Below, piece by piece: positions 17,286 to 25,851 of a stretch of 64,000 bases of DNA (position 1 is its first letter; every line of letters begins with the position of its first letter). This stretch comes from Planctomycetota bacterium (GTDB lineage Bacteria > JAJVIF01 > JAPKYR01), in assembly GCA_030614715.1 (NCBI GenBank), contig JAUWTM010000003.1, positions 13,763-77,762 of the forward strand. The letters run 5' to 3'. A program made the position numbers and the translations under genes. Below the pieces are notes generated by a model. That model was not told the DNA's origin and made no database searches. It worked only from the letters and a program-made list of their open reading frames with translations.

Positions 17286-18599
17286 CTATTTCTTGTAGCC
17301 AAGTGTTTCCATGAACGCATCGACACGCGCCATGGTCTTTGTGAGATCGAATTCCCTCTCGTCTCCCATGTTTCCTTCGTACGTCATTACCGGATACCCG
17401 GCTTCGATCAGGCCCAGCCTGTTCTCGGCGATACCGATGCTCAGACCCTCACAACCGCGGTTGTAATGAAGCATGACACCGTCAAGTTTCCATTCTTTTG
17501 CGATGCGAATCATCATCTCTGTCTTGAGATGCGGTGAGTAGAAATGCTGCCACTCAGGCTTGCTCAGATTCCAGTCGGCGTAGATACGCAGCGCGTGATC
17601 GCGATCCTTGATTTCGATTCCGGCCTGCTCGGGTGTGGTCCGTCCGCCCCATGTACCATCGGGTTTGACCTCCCAGATTCCGATCAGTCCAAACGTGTAA
17701 AGCGAACCGACCGAGATCGCTCCGAACTGTTCAAGGTAACGGAACAGGCTCAGGAATCCCCACGGTGGCTGGGTGTCCGACATAAGGCGGCACTGCTCGT
17801 TGGCAATCGCGGCGATCTGGTTATCGACCCTGTACTGGACTTCATCGCGAAGTTCCTCGTAGAAGTCCGCGCAGACCTGGTAATGTTTCATCAGTGTGCC
17901 GAGGACGTAGAGCGAGTACATCGTCTTTTCCTCGAGAGGTGCCGGGATGGCCTTGTTAAGGGCACAGACATCGGCCCATGCGGATGTCCCACGGCATTCG
18001 TCGTTGACGGCTTTGATGAGTTTTTCGTCATCGTAGGTCCGGCCAGTGGTCTTCTCCAGCCACTCGATCCCGTCGTGCATCTGACCTACAAGGTAATCGA
18101 TCTTGGGATCGTTCAGGCCCTTGATGTTCTCGTACGGTCCAACCGATACGTCGATGCTGAAGTACGGGATGCCTCCCTCGAGGTCAGAAACCACCTGGTA
18201 CCATTTCGAATGGCTGCAGCAGATGTGGTCCTGCCAGAGGAAATCGGGCTTTGGAAACGGACCGCCGAAGGCGTACTCGTTGAGGATGATCGATCCCCAG
18301 TAGTTGCGCATGTACGAGCAGAGGTCTCGTGCGTATCCGGCTTTCTCGGTGGCCTCAAGACATCGCATGGAGAACTTCTTGTCGGCAGCGATCGATGCAG
18401 CATACGGCTCACTGGTGATGCAATGAACGTCATCACCAAGACCGGCCGTCAACGCTCCGAGGGTCCAGGCACCGCCGGCCCACCGGATTCCACCCTTCTC
18501 ATGGGCTTCGGCGTAGTCGCGGTAGTAGTTCTGCCGAAGCTCTTTTGCTTTACCCCATAGCTTCAGGGGTTCTGTTTTATATAACGCTTTAGTTGACAT
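17286..18599 (-). CDS. bzdO: Benzoyl-CoA reductase/2-hydroxyacyl-CoA dehydratase family subunit (BcrB/BzdO-like)
   Basis: 437 aa, the size of BcrB-type subunits. It sits between the BcrC-like gene and the two ATPase genes. Confidence 0.65.
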   Translation of the reverse strand: MSTKALYKTEPLKLWGKAKELRQNYYRDYAEAHEKGGIRWAGGAWTLGALTAGLGDDVHCITSEPYAASIAADKKFSMRCLEATEKAGYARDLCSYMRNYWGSIILNEYAFGGPFPKPDFLWQDHICCSHSKWYQVVSDLEGGIPYFSIDVSVGPYENIKGLNDPKIDYLVGQMHDGIEWLEKTTGRTYDDEKLIKAVNDECRGTSAWADVCALNKAIPAPLEEKTMYSLYVLGTLMKHYQVCADFYEELRDEVQYRVDNQIAAIANEQCRLMSDTQPPWGFLSLFRYLEQFGAISVGSLYTFGLIGIWEVKPDGTWGGRTTPEQAGIEIKDRDHALRIYADWNLSKPEWQHFYSPHLKTEMMIRIAKEWKLDGVMLHYNRGCEGLSIGIAENRLGLIEAGYPVMTYEGNMGDEREFDLTKTMARVDAFMETLGYKK

Positions 18600-18613
18600 C
18601 GTATTTACTCCCG

Positions 18614-19744
18614 TCAGTCGAACAGGTCTTCATCGCCTATCATTTCAAGGAATGCCTCGACCCTGATTCTAAACTGTCCCAGTGGTACCGTCACATCAAA
18701 CTCGAGGAAAAGGTTTTTAACGTCAATATCGTTCAGAGCCTTCCGGATGGTAGGAGTGTCGGCCTCGTGGGGGTCGCAGAATTTCTGCTGGATAACAATC
18801 GCGCCGGCAACATCCCAGTCTTTAGCCATTTTCAGGATGTGGTCGAGCCGCGAGCGGTCCTCCCAGTCTTTCGAAGGGCAACGTGGACGGTCTATGTAAC
18901 GCTGCGCGATGCTCTCGAGCATGTCGCCGTTGCCTTCGGGCGTCGTGTTCCAGAAGTACCTCGTTCCGGTGCAGTGATCGTCTGTTACAAACGTGGCACC
19001 GCAGCTCTCGACCATGTTGATGAATTTGATGTCATCGTCCTCACTGCCGAGTATCATCAGCCTCGCACCAGTCTCCCGACCCGTATCGCGGTTCGGAAGC
19101 TCGGCGAGGACCCGTTTCAGCTCCTCGTTGTGCTCAGCCTTGTCGACCAACTGCGATGAAATTACCATCTCCATCGCTTCCTCCCCGGAGAGCGGAGGAT
19201 TTTCGGCTTTGCGAAGCTCGTAGACCTCGCGCATCAGCCTGCGGTTCTCGTCGTAGACCTCGGCAGCCTTTTTTATCATTTCATCCGTGATAGTTACGCC
19301 GGTCCATTCCTCGACCGCCTTTTTGAAGATCTCGATCTCCGAGACCAGGTACGGCAACGCGCGCGGGCTCTGGACTTTCATCGGATGCGGCATATAGTAC
19401 GTGAATTCGAGGGGAATATGCTTCTCCCACGATGTGAAAGTCTGCCTGATGTGGAGACATGACTGTGCAATCGTCAGCCCGTCGAGGTAATCGTACCGGC
19501 CCTTGAGTCCCTGGGCGAGACAGTCGCGGCAGAACGGACAGAACATGCCGAAAATGTGGGGTTCGGTTACGTCCTGTGGCTCGTGACTGCCGAGGATTCG
19601 CACTGGAAGCACTCCCGCGGCATAAAGGATCTCCTCGGGTACGTACGTGCAGAAGTACCCGATTACCTTTCCGCCGTTGTGCTTCTGCCAGTCCTTCGCG
19701 TAGTCGTGACGGTTCTGTTCCCAATCCCGAAATTTATCGAACAT
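18614..19744 (-). CDS. bzdN: Benzoyl-CoA reductase/2-hydroxyacyl-CoA dehydratase family subunit (BcrC/BzdN-like)
   Basis: Start moved to ATG 19744, which has AAGGAGAAG 4 nt upstream (377 aa). The longer track ORF has no RBS. Conserved Cys region ..FCPFCRDCL... Confidence 0.65.
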   Translation of the reverse strand: MFDKFRDWEQNRHDYAKDWQKHNGGKVIGYFCTYVPEEILYAAGVLPVRILGSHEPQDVTEPHIFGMFCPFCRDCLAQGLKGRYDYLDGLTIAQSCLHIRQTFTSWEKHIPLEFTYYMPHPMKVQSPRALPYLVSEIEIFKKAVEEWTGVTITDEMIKKAAEVYDENRRLMREVYELRKAENPPLSGEEAMEMVISSQLVDKAEHNEELKRVLAELPNRDTGRETGARLMILGSEDDDIKFINMVESCGATFVTDDHCTGTRYFWNTTPEGNGDMLESIAQRYIDRPRCPSKDWEDRSRLDHILKMAKDWDVAGAIVIQQKFCDPHEADTPTIRKALNDIDVKNLFLEFDVTVPLGQFRIRVEAFLEMIGDEDLFD

Positions 19745-19914
19745 CCAGCTTCTCCTTACAGCGTGTAAAAAGGCATAAAAAAAATTTAGACAAACACCAG
19801 TATTTCCCGGAATCTGAGACGTGAGATCGAAGTACTCCCCGTGAAAAACCAATCATCTATTAATATTAGTCGAGTATCCGATCAACACTCAGGTCCGAAA
19901 AGTAACGCAGGCGC

Positions 19915-19944
19915 ATTTTACATCAGCACGAGCAACTTTGTCAA
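19915..19944 (-). promoter_or_regulatory. Candidate sigma70-type promoter for the bzdNOPQM-like operon
   Basis: On the minus strand: TTGACA (19944-19939), 18-nt spacer, TAAAAT (19920-19915). It lies about 170 nt upstream of the start at 19744. Confidence 0.45.
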
Positions 19945-20057
19945 ATAAGATTTAATAGTAGTTAAGGGATAAAGAAATGTTCGCAACGATGCATGAACAG
20001 AAGGTTTCCGGGGATTTTAAATAGTGTTTTTACGTCACATGCTTGATGCATGAATAA

Positions 20058-20498
20058 TCAGTCGGCCCTGATACACATCAAAGTCTGCTGCATGATTGCG
20101 CATAATTTCTCAAGCCCGTCCTCGACTGAAAATATGTCGATCCTCGAGATCGAGAGCGAACGTCCGTGCTTCACTACATTGCCACGGGCAATAATGGGGT
20201 CACCCTTCGCCTCACCGAGTAGATTGATCTTGAATTCGACTGCCAGCATGTTCGCGTCGTTCGGTTCGAGCGTCCAGGCTGCATATCCACCGGCGTTGTC
20301 ACCGATAGTTGTTAGTATCCCGCCGTGAACGGACCTGGACTGCTGGGTAAATTCCTCGCGCCAGGGCAGAGTGACCTCCGCGTAGCCGGGACGGAGATCG
20401 GTCAACTGCGCCCCGATCCATCGCATGGTTTTCTGACGGTTGAAGTTTTCTATCAGGAGCTCCGGGTACCCGGGGTCATAATATTCGTAATCAGGCAT
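20058..20498 (-). CDS. PaaI/hotdog-fold acyl-CoA thioesterase
   Basis: ..GYAEVTLPWREEFTQQSRSVHGGILTTIGDNAGGYA.. is typical of PaaI/4HBT-type thioesterases. Start at ATG 20498 (AAGGAC RBS). Confidence 0.8.
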   Translation of the reverse strand: MPDYEYYDPGYPELLIENFNRQKTMRWIGAQLTDLRPGYAEVTLPWREEFTQQSRSVHGGILTTIGDNAGGYAAWTLEPNDANMLAVEFKINLLGEAKGDPIIARGNVVKHGRSLSISRIDIFSVEDGLEKLCAIMQQTLMCIRAD

Positions 20499-20581
20499 GG
20501 GTTTGGTCCTTAGGGTCACAAATGTGAGGAATAATGGTAGCATAATGAATCGTTCTCAGGAAGCTGACGCAACGTGTGAAT

Positions 20582-20627
20582 TTGACATGTAAGCTCGATA
20601 ATCAATTGATTATACAAATTGACATGT
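20582..20627. promoter_or_regulatory. Operator-like element: perfect 16-bp palindrome flanked by two TTGACATGT direct repeats
   Basis: TTGACATGT at 20582-20590 and 20619-20627. ATAATCAATTGATTAT (20598-20613) is its own reverse complement. It lies 35-80 nt upstream of the SIR2 start. Confidence 0.5.
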
Positions 20628-20661
20628 GCTATTGTTCGAATAGACACATCTATTTATAGTT

Positions 20662-21696
20662 ATGCTAAGTGACATAGAAGAAATTGCTAAGCTGGCACAG
20701 AATTATGTTTCAAGGCAACCAGTAGTAATCCTTGGCAGTGGAGCATCTATACCTTATGGCTTACCTTCGATGGATGAACTTGAATTTGAAATTTCACAGT
20801 CTATTGAATTTGAGACCTATAGCGAGGAGTATCCGATCTGGGAAGAATTCAAAGATGTCTTAAAAGAAACGCAAGACTTGGAAAACGCCCTTAATGCTGT
20901 AACTTTAACACCCATTATGCTTGAGAAGGTTCTAGAAGTAACGTGGCGATTTATTACGCGTCGGGATTTCGTATTTCTCAGATCGTTAATAACAGGTTAT
21001 CGCGAATTTCAACTGCCAAATTTATTTAAATTTCTCACAAGAGTTGCTAATCCAAACCTGCTCGTTATTACGACTAATTATGATAGGCTAGCTGAATATG
21101 CTTCGGATCTTTCTGGTGCAGAAACAATAACTGGATTTACAGACGGTTTACTAAGGCGATTCGATCCAAGCCGTTTATATCAAGGGAGAATCACATCCGA
21201 TAAGGCTCGCATAAGCATATATAAAGTTCATGGCTCTTTGGATTGGTTTGAAGATCAGCATGGTGAACCCATTTCAATCCCACTTTCATTCGAACTACTT
21301 GATGCACTGAAGCCATTAATTGTGACTCCTGGAGTTACTAAATATCGAGAGACTCACAATGAACCTTTTAGGTCAATAATGTCTAAGGCAGATACCGCCC
21401 TCAGAGAAGCTTCATCTTATCTTTGTATTGGATACGGATTTAATGATGAGCATGTTCAACCAGTTCTTACTCAGCGAATCAATAGGGACAAAATTCCGAT
21501 TGTTTGCGTTTCTAAAACATTAAGTCCAAGTGGTCGAAGGCTACTACTTGATAATCCATGTGAAAATTTCTTAATTTTCGAGCAAGCCAAGAACGGAACA
21601 AAAATCTATCTGCCATCTGCACCAGACGGTGAAATCTATAAAGACTTACATCTTTGGGAACTTCATGAATTCCTTAAACTATTAGAAGATGATTAA
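20662..21696 (+). CDS. SIR2-like NAD+-binding/NADase domain protein (SIR2_2 family), defence effector
   Basis: PVVILGSGASIPYGLPSM (GxGxS Rossmann), VITTNYDRLAEYA (TNYD), YKVHGSLDW (HG), LCIGYGFNDEHV. These blocks are colinear with defence-type SIR2 proteins. Confidence 0.8.
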   Translation: MLSDIEEIAKLAQNYVSRQPVVILGSGASIPYGLPSMDELEFEISQSIEFETYSEEYPIWEEFKDVLKETQDLENALNAVTLTPIMLEKVLEVTWRFITRRDFVFLRSLITGYREFQLPNLFKFLTRVANPNLLVITTNYDRLAEYASDLSGAETITGFTDGLLRRFDPSRLYQGRITSDKARISIYKVHGSLDWFEDQHGEPISIPLSFELLDALKPLIVTPGVTKYRETHNEPFRSIMSKADTALREASSYLCIGYGFNDEHVQPVLTQRINRDKIPIVCVSKTLSPSGRRLLLDNPCENFLIFEQAKNGTKIYLPSAPDGEIYKDLHLWELHEFLKLLEDD

Positions 21697-21707
21697 GGAG
21701 CTTGACC

Positions 21708-23474
21708 ATGTCACTTTTCAATTATGAGGACAGCGAAGCAATCGGAGGAGTATTTAGTGTCGACACAGGCTCAGTGTTGGTTAGAGTTGAAGACGTTGAG
21801 CAATTAAGGAAATTACAGGTTAATCACCTTGTCGCTTTAAGAAGTTCAAGGACAGGTCAACATCTGATTGGCATCATCCACAAAATTATGAGAAAGGCAT
21901 TGATGAAACCCCTAGATGAAGAAACAGATGAAGCCACACCTGAAGACGGCACCTTTGAAGAAAATATTATTCGTGTGACACTAATAGGCACGCTAAAGGA
22001 TAAGGCGGGTGAAAAACCTAACGTCTTTCAGCGTACATTAGAATCTGTCCCTGAAATTGACGCAAGATGTTTTATTTTATCAGGTGAAAGACTGACTAAA
22101 TTTATGCAAGCAATATCGATCGGTGCTGGCACCAAACCAAATGCATTATCTTTAGGGAAATATACTATTGACGAGGATGCTAATGCTTGGCTAGATGGTA
22201 ATCGGTTTTTCCAGAGACATGCCGTCTTAGTAGGAGCTACAGGATCCGGCAAATCGTGTGCAACTGCACATATATTGGAGCAGGTTGAACCTTTACAAAA
22301 TTCAAATGCGATACTTTTTGATATCCACGGTGAATATAAGACAATCGAAGGTGATAACATACAGCATTTTCATGTTGCTGGACCAAGCGATCTGGATCAA
22401 GGCACTGGTCTCGCTGACAATGTAATTTTTCTACCATATTGGTTACTAACATACGAAGAAATGATCGCTTTCTTATTAGATCGAAGTGATTTGAATGCGC
22501 CTAATCAGGCAATGTTATTTGCGAGGTCTGTTACAAAAGCTAAAAAGGATTATCTTGAAAAAGAGGATAAAAATGAAATTTTAAAGAACTTTACAATTGA
22601 TAGTCCAGTCCCATATTCATTAGATTCAGTAATTGGATCCCTAAAGATACTTAACGAAGAAAAAGTCCCTGGTGCAACAGGCAAACCAATTAAAGGCGAC
22701 TTCCACGGTAAGCTATCCCGATTCCTTCAAAGGCTGGAGGCTAAAATTGGAGATCGAAGGTTAGGCTTCATGTTCGGTGGTGGCAAAGACGTAATGGATT
22801 ATGATTGGATGCTAACACTCTGTACAAAGTTGATTGGAGGATCAGGTCAACAGCCTTATGGTGGTGTCAAAATAATAGATTTCTCTGAAGTTCCTTCAGA
22901 TGTTCTTCCATTGATGACTGGCATGGTAGCTAGGTTGGTGTTTTCCATCCAGCAATGGACTGAAAAAGAAGAATTACATCCAATAGCTATTTTTTGTGAT
23001 GAAGCCCATCTATACATACCCGAACACCTTGCAGCCAATGCGGTCAATGAAGCTGGATTTCGGAGTTTTGAGCGTATAGCAAAAGAGGGAAGGAAATATG
23101 GAGTTGGATTGGTAGTAATCAGTCAGCGCCCCTCTGAAGTAAATCGAACCATACTTAGTCAATGTAATAACTTCATTGCCATGAGATTAACAAACGCAGA
23201 AGATCAATCTGTGATTCGTCGGCTTTTACCTGATAGTTTAGGAGGATTCTCTGAACTTTTACCCATCTTAGACACTGGAGAAGCAATAGTCGTTGGTGAT
23301 GCATCGCTATTACCATCAAGAATTCGTATTGATCTACCTAAAAAGAAACCAACCAGCGCAACAATAGACTTTTGGGATGAATGGTCAAAAAAAAGCACAT
23401 CAACTGGAATCGCCAATGCCGTTGAATCCCTGCGTCTACAGGCAAAAATCAAGAAAAATCTACCTGTCAGATAG
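21708..23474 (+). CDS. herA: HerA/FtsK-like (DUF87) ATPase, partner of SIR2
   Basis: Walker A VLVGATGSGKSC, Walker B IAIFCDEAHLYIP, VVISQRPSEV, N-terminal barrel-like IGGVFSVDTGSVLVRVED. ATG 21708 is preferred: AAGGAG at 21695-21700 gives a 7-nt spacer. Confidence 0.85.
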   Translation: MSLFNYEDSEAIGGVFSVDTGSVLVRVEDVEQLRKLQVNHLVALRSSRTGQHLIGIIHKIMRKALMKPLDEETDEATPEDGTFEENIIRVTLIGTLKDKAGEKPNVFQRTLESVPEIDARCFILSGERLTKFMQAISIGAGTKPNALSLGKYTIDEDANAWLDGNRFFQRHAVLVGATGSGKSCATAHILEQVEPLQNSNAILFDIHGEYKTIEGDNIQHFHVAGPSDLDQGTGLADNVIFLPYWLLTYEEMIAFLLDRSDLNAPNQAMLFARSVTKAKKDYLEKEDKNEILKNFTIDSPVPYSLDSVIGSLKILNEEKVPGATGKPIKGDFHGKLSRFLQRLEAKIGDRRLGFMFGGGKDVMDYDWMLTLCTKLIGGSGQQPYGGVKIIDFSEVPSDVLPLMTGMVARLVFSIQQWTEKEELHPIAIFCDEAHLYIPEHLAANAVNEAGFRSFERIAKEGRKYGVGLVVISQRPSEVNRTILSQCNNFIAMRLTNAEDQSVIRRLLPDSLGGFSELLPILDTGEAIVVGDASLLPSRIRIDLPKKKPTSATIDFWDEWSKKSTSTGIANAVESLRLQAKIKKNLPVR

Positions 23475-23486
23475 CTTAATTTTCAT

Positions 23487-25805
23487 TCACAGCGGATACC
23501 GGCGCGGGAACTCAGGGAATTTACGAGCCAGCATTGCTTTCAGGCCCACAGACGCGTCGGGGTGACGGAAAATCTCCTCGAGATGCTGGTTCAACTCATA
23601 TGCCGCCGACTCATCAAGGTCCACGCCTTTAAGATAATCGTCGAAGCCCTTGCTGATCAGCCAGTTCGACACCCAGACCGCGTTCGGTGAGTTCGCCGCT
23701 GCGCGGTTCGCGATCCTGATCACCTGCTCGCGCCATGGTGACGTGTGGAACGTGACAGCGTCGCGACGTCCGTGGGCATAAAGCGTCGGAATCAGGTCCG
23801 CCTTGAGGAAGAGGTGCTTCATGTAGTGGATCTCTTCTTTGTCATCGAGCGTTAACGCAGTCGGGATCTCCTCGATTTCAAGCGCGTCGATCTGGTCTCT
23901 TGTCAGGGCCTTACCGCCGTTCTCAGAGATTGCCCTGCACAGCCTGACCGCGACCTCGTCGCGGGTGTTCGACGGGACCACCAGGTCGGCAAGTCCGAAG
24001 TAACGCAGCAAACGTTGGGATGATGTCGCAGTACCACCCGCAAGAATGTAATAACGCGCCATCGCGAGTGCGAGATCGGCATCACCGGTTGTCCGGTGAA
24101 TGATCCGCGACATCATAAGCGTCCCGCGAAGTCCCGGGAAGATACCGAGACGGGTTTCGGGAAGCGCGTACGACGTGTGGTTCGTGGCAATCACGATCGT
24201 ATCGGGATCCCACGCGAAAGCCATCGCTGTCTCGACCCCGCCGCCGAACGCCTGACCGTCCACGATCGCTACCTTCGGCTTGCCCGACCCGGTCATCTTG
24301 TGGAACATGATGTCCTGCCATCGAGCGGTGCCCTCGCGGATCGCGTCGAACCTGCCCGCTTCCATGTTCTCGACAAATTTCGGCACGTTCGCCCCGGCGA
24401 TGAAAGTCTTTATCGGTGCCGTGTCGAAAACTATCGTGTCGACGTTGTCATCGGCGTTCGCCTTGGCAAACGCCTCCTCCAGCATGTCGAAAACGAAGTC
24501 GTCGAGCGCGTTTGCGGTTGTCGGTGAGTTGAGAGTGATCCATGCGATCCTGGATTCCTCGCACGTCTCGTACTCAATCGGATTCATCTTCAGTTCGAGG
24601 TCACTACCCGCGTCCGCGAGTGCCTTCAGGTTGGCCGGGATCGGGAAATGGTATCCATCCTTCTTCGCAAGCGAAGCACGGTCCTGCACCATCCGCCAGC
24701 CTTCCTTAATTCCATATTTATTGAAGAACGTAAACGGTCCCGCTCTCCAGAGGAACGCATTTTTCGCGAGAATTTCAAAATCCTCGGGTGTGATTACGCC
24801 TGCATCGACGATCTCAAACGCAGACATGAACGCGATCGCAAGAAACCGTTCTTTTAACTGGTTAACGACCGCTTCATCGCCTGTGCCCGGGCCCGGACCC
24901 TCGACCGGGAGCCATCGGACAGTCGACGGATCTTCCGCTTTCAACTGCTCCTCAACCAGCGCTCGGAAACCATCGGTCGGCTTGAAGAAGTCCTTATAAA
25001 CCTTGAAAAGCGGATCGTCCGGATCGGAATTGTCAGCAAATGATTCCATGGCGTAAAGGCCGATCGCGATCCCGGTCGCATCCATCAGGGCAAGGAATCC
25101 CATCGGCAGATTGAACGCAGCTCTCGCGCCGGCCTCGACATCACCCTTGTCGAAGCCCTCGTCGACCATCCTGCACGCTTCAAGCAACAGTGCGACGAAA
25201 AGAATGTCCGCGGCGCCACCCTTACGGCTGGAAGTGATCGGTGTCGAGACCTTACCGCCCATTTTCATGTAATACATGCCGGTCCGGATGGCATCTTTCG
25301 ATGCCGCATCGGTGCCTGCCACCTCACCGCCACGGTTCTTGTGCGGCAGGTAGAAGTAATGCATCCAGACGACCTTGTCCGATCGTTTGACCGCGTCGGA
25401 CAGGATGTTCGTGTTGAGTGACGAGGAATTTGTCGCGAGGACGACGTCCGGCGCACACAATTCATCGAGCTGCTGGAAGATTTTCGTTTTAATATCCAGC
25501 CGCTCAGTCGCCGATTCGATCGCGATTTTAAGTTTCTTCCCACCACATGCCGTTGGATAATCGGTCGTAGTGAGAATCCGTTCCTGAATCGCAATGATCT
25601 CATCATCGGTGAAGATGCGTCCACGTGCACCATCGAGTTCTTTCGCTATGGTCTCGCGCGCGGTGTCCAGGATCTCGTCAGCAATGTCGATCAATCCGAC
25701 AACGAACCCGTTCTGCGCGTACGCCTGCGCGATACTCGCGCCCATCGTGCCCGCACCGACAACAAGTAATTCAACATCGTCCCATGTGTATTTTTTGTCT
25801 GTCAT
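23487..25805 (-). CDS. Fused 3-hydroxyacyl-CoA dehydrogenase / enoyl-CoA hydratase (FadB/FadJ-like, dehydrogenase domain first)
   Basis: N-terminus LLVVGAGTMGASIAQAYAQNG (HADH Rossmann). Central/C-terminal crotonase block ..VAIVDGQAFGGGVETAMAFAWD... 772 aa. Confidence 0.85.
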   Translation of the reverse strand: MTDKKYTWDDVELLVVGAGTMGASIAQAYAQNGFVVGLIDIADEILDTARETIAKELDGARGRIFTDDEIIAIQERILTTTDYPTACGGKKLKIAIESATERLDIKTKIFQQLDELCAPDVVLATNSSSLNTNILSDAVKRSDKVVWMHYFYLPHKNRGGEVAGTDAASKDAIRTGMYYMKMGGKVSTPITSSRKGGAADILFVALLLEACRMVDEGFDKGDVEAGARAAFNLPMGFLALMDATGIAIGLYAMESFADNSDPDDPLFKVYKDFFKPTDGFRALVEEQLKAEDPSTVRWLPVEGPGPGTGDEAVVNQLKERFLAIAFMSAFEIVDAGVITPEDFEILAKNAFLWRAGPFTFFNKYGIKEGWRMVQDRASLAKKDGYHFPIPANLKALADAGSDLELKMNPIEYETCEESRIAWITLNSPTTANALDDFVFDMLEEAFAKANADDNVDTIVFDTAPIKTFIAGANVPKFVENMEAGRFDAIREGTARWQDIMFHKMTGSGKPKVAIVDGQAFGGGVETAMAFAWDPDTIVIATNHTSYALPETRLGIFPGLRGTLMMSRIIHRTTGDADLALAMARYYILAGGTATSSQRLLRYFGLADLVVPSNTRDEVAVRLCRAISENGGKALTRDQIDALEIEEIPTALTLDDKEEIHYMKHLFLKADLIPTLYAHGRRDAVTFHTSPWREQVIRIANRAAANSPNAVWVSNWLISKGFDDYLKGVDLDESAAYELNQHLEEIFRHPDASVGLKAMLARKFPEFPRRYPL

Positions 25806-25851
25806 CTATGTAATCCTCAACACGTGTTTTTCAAAATGAAGTCGCAGGTCT

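Larger units (their letters stand above)
20499..23486 (+). other. AT-rich defence island carrying a SIR2-HerA gene pair
   Basis: Spot count 35% GC at 21001-21060 versus 52% at 24001-24060. Two plus-strand genes are inserted between minus-strand catabolic genes. The convergent junction on the right is only 12 nt. Confidence 0.75.

Noticed and set aside
16469-17326. Track start codons that create long N-terminal extensions: 17326 for the first ATPase, 19852 for the BcrC-like subunit, 28374 for NrfD, 53155 for MoaC, 49987 for the MobB::ModE gene and 20543 for the thioesterase.
   Set aside because: In each case an internal ATG has a good RBS and removes an implausible overlap with the upstream gene. 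The extensions show no conservation-like features.
17544-18560. Long antisense ORFs in the track, for example 17544-18560 (+, 338 aa), 32648-33886 (+, 412 aa), 29815-31002 (+, 395 aa), 36237-37025 (+), 25930-26697 (+), 24280-24999 (+) and 1739-2401 (-).
   Set aside because: Each lies entirely opposite a gene with clear family motifs. Their translations are Arg/Ser/Pro-rich and low-complexity, with no recognisable motifs or RBS. They are typical shadow ORFs of high-GC DNA.
15536-19744. An alternative reading of the reductase module as a 2-hydroxyacyl-CoA dehydratase with its activator.
   Set aside because: This reading is less likely. Two different ATPase subunits are encoded in-operon together with a dedicated ferredoxin, matching the bzdNOPQM order, whereas dehydratases use one homodimeric activator. 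It is not formally excluded without phylogeny.
8984-23486. Calling the two AT-rich islands (9.0-12.6 kb and 20.5-23.5 kb) mobile elements.
   Set aside because: I could find no integrase, transposase, recombinase, tRNA target or flanking direct or inverted repeats. Only the composition shift and the gene content support horizontal acquisition, so I report them as islands rather than mobile elements.
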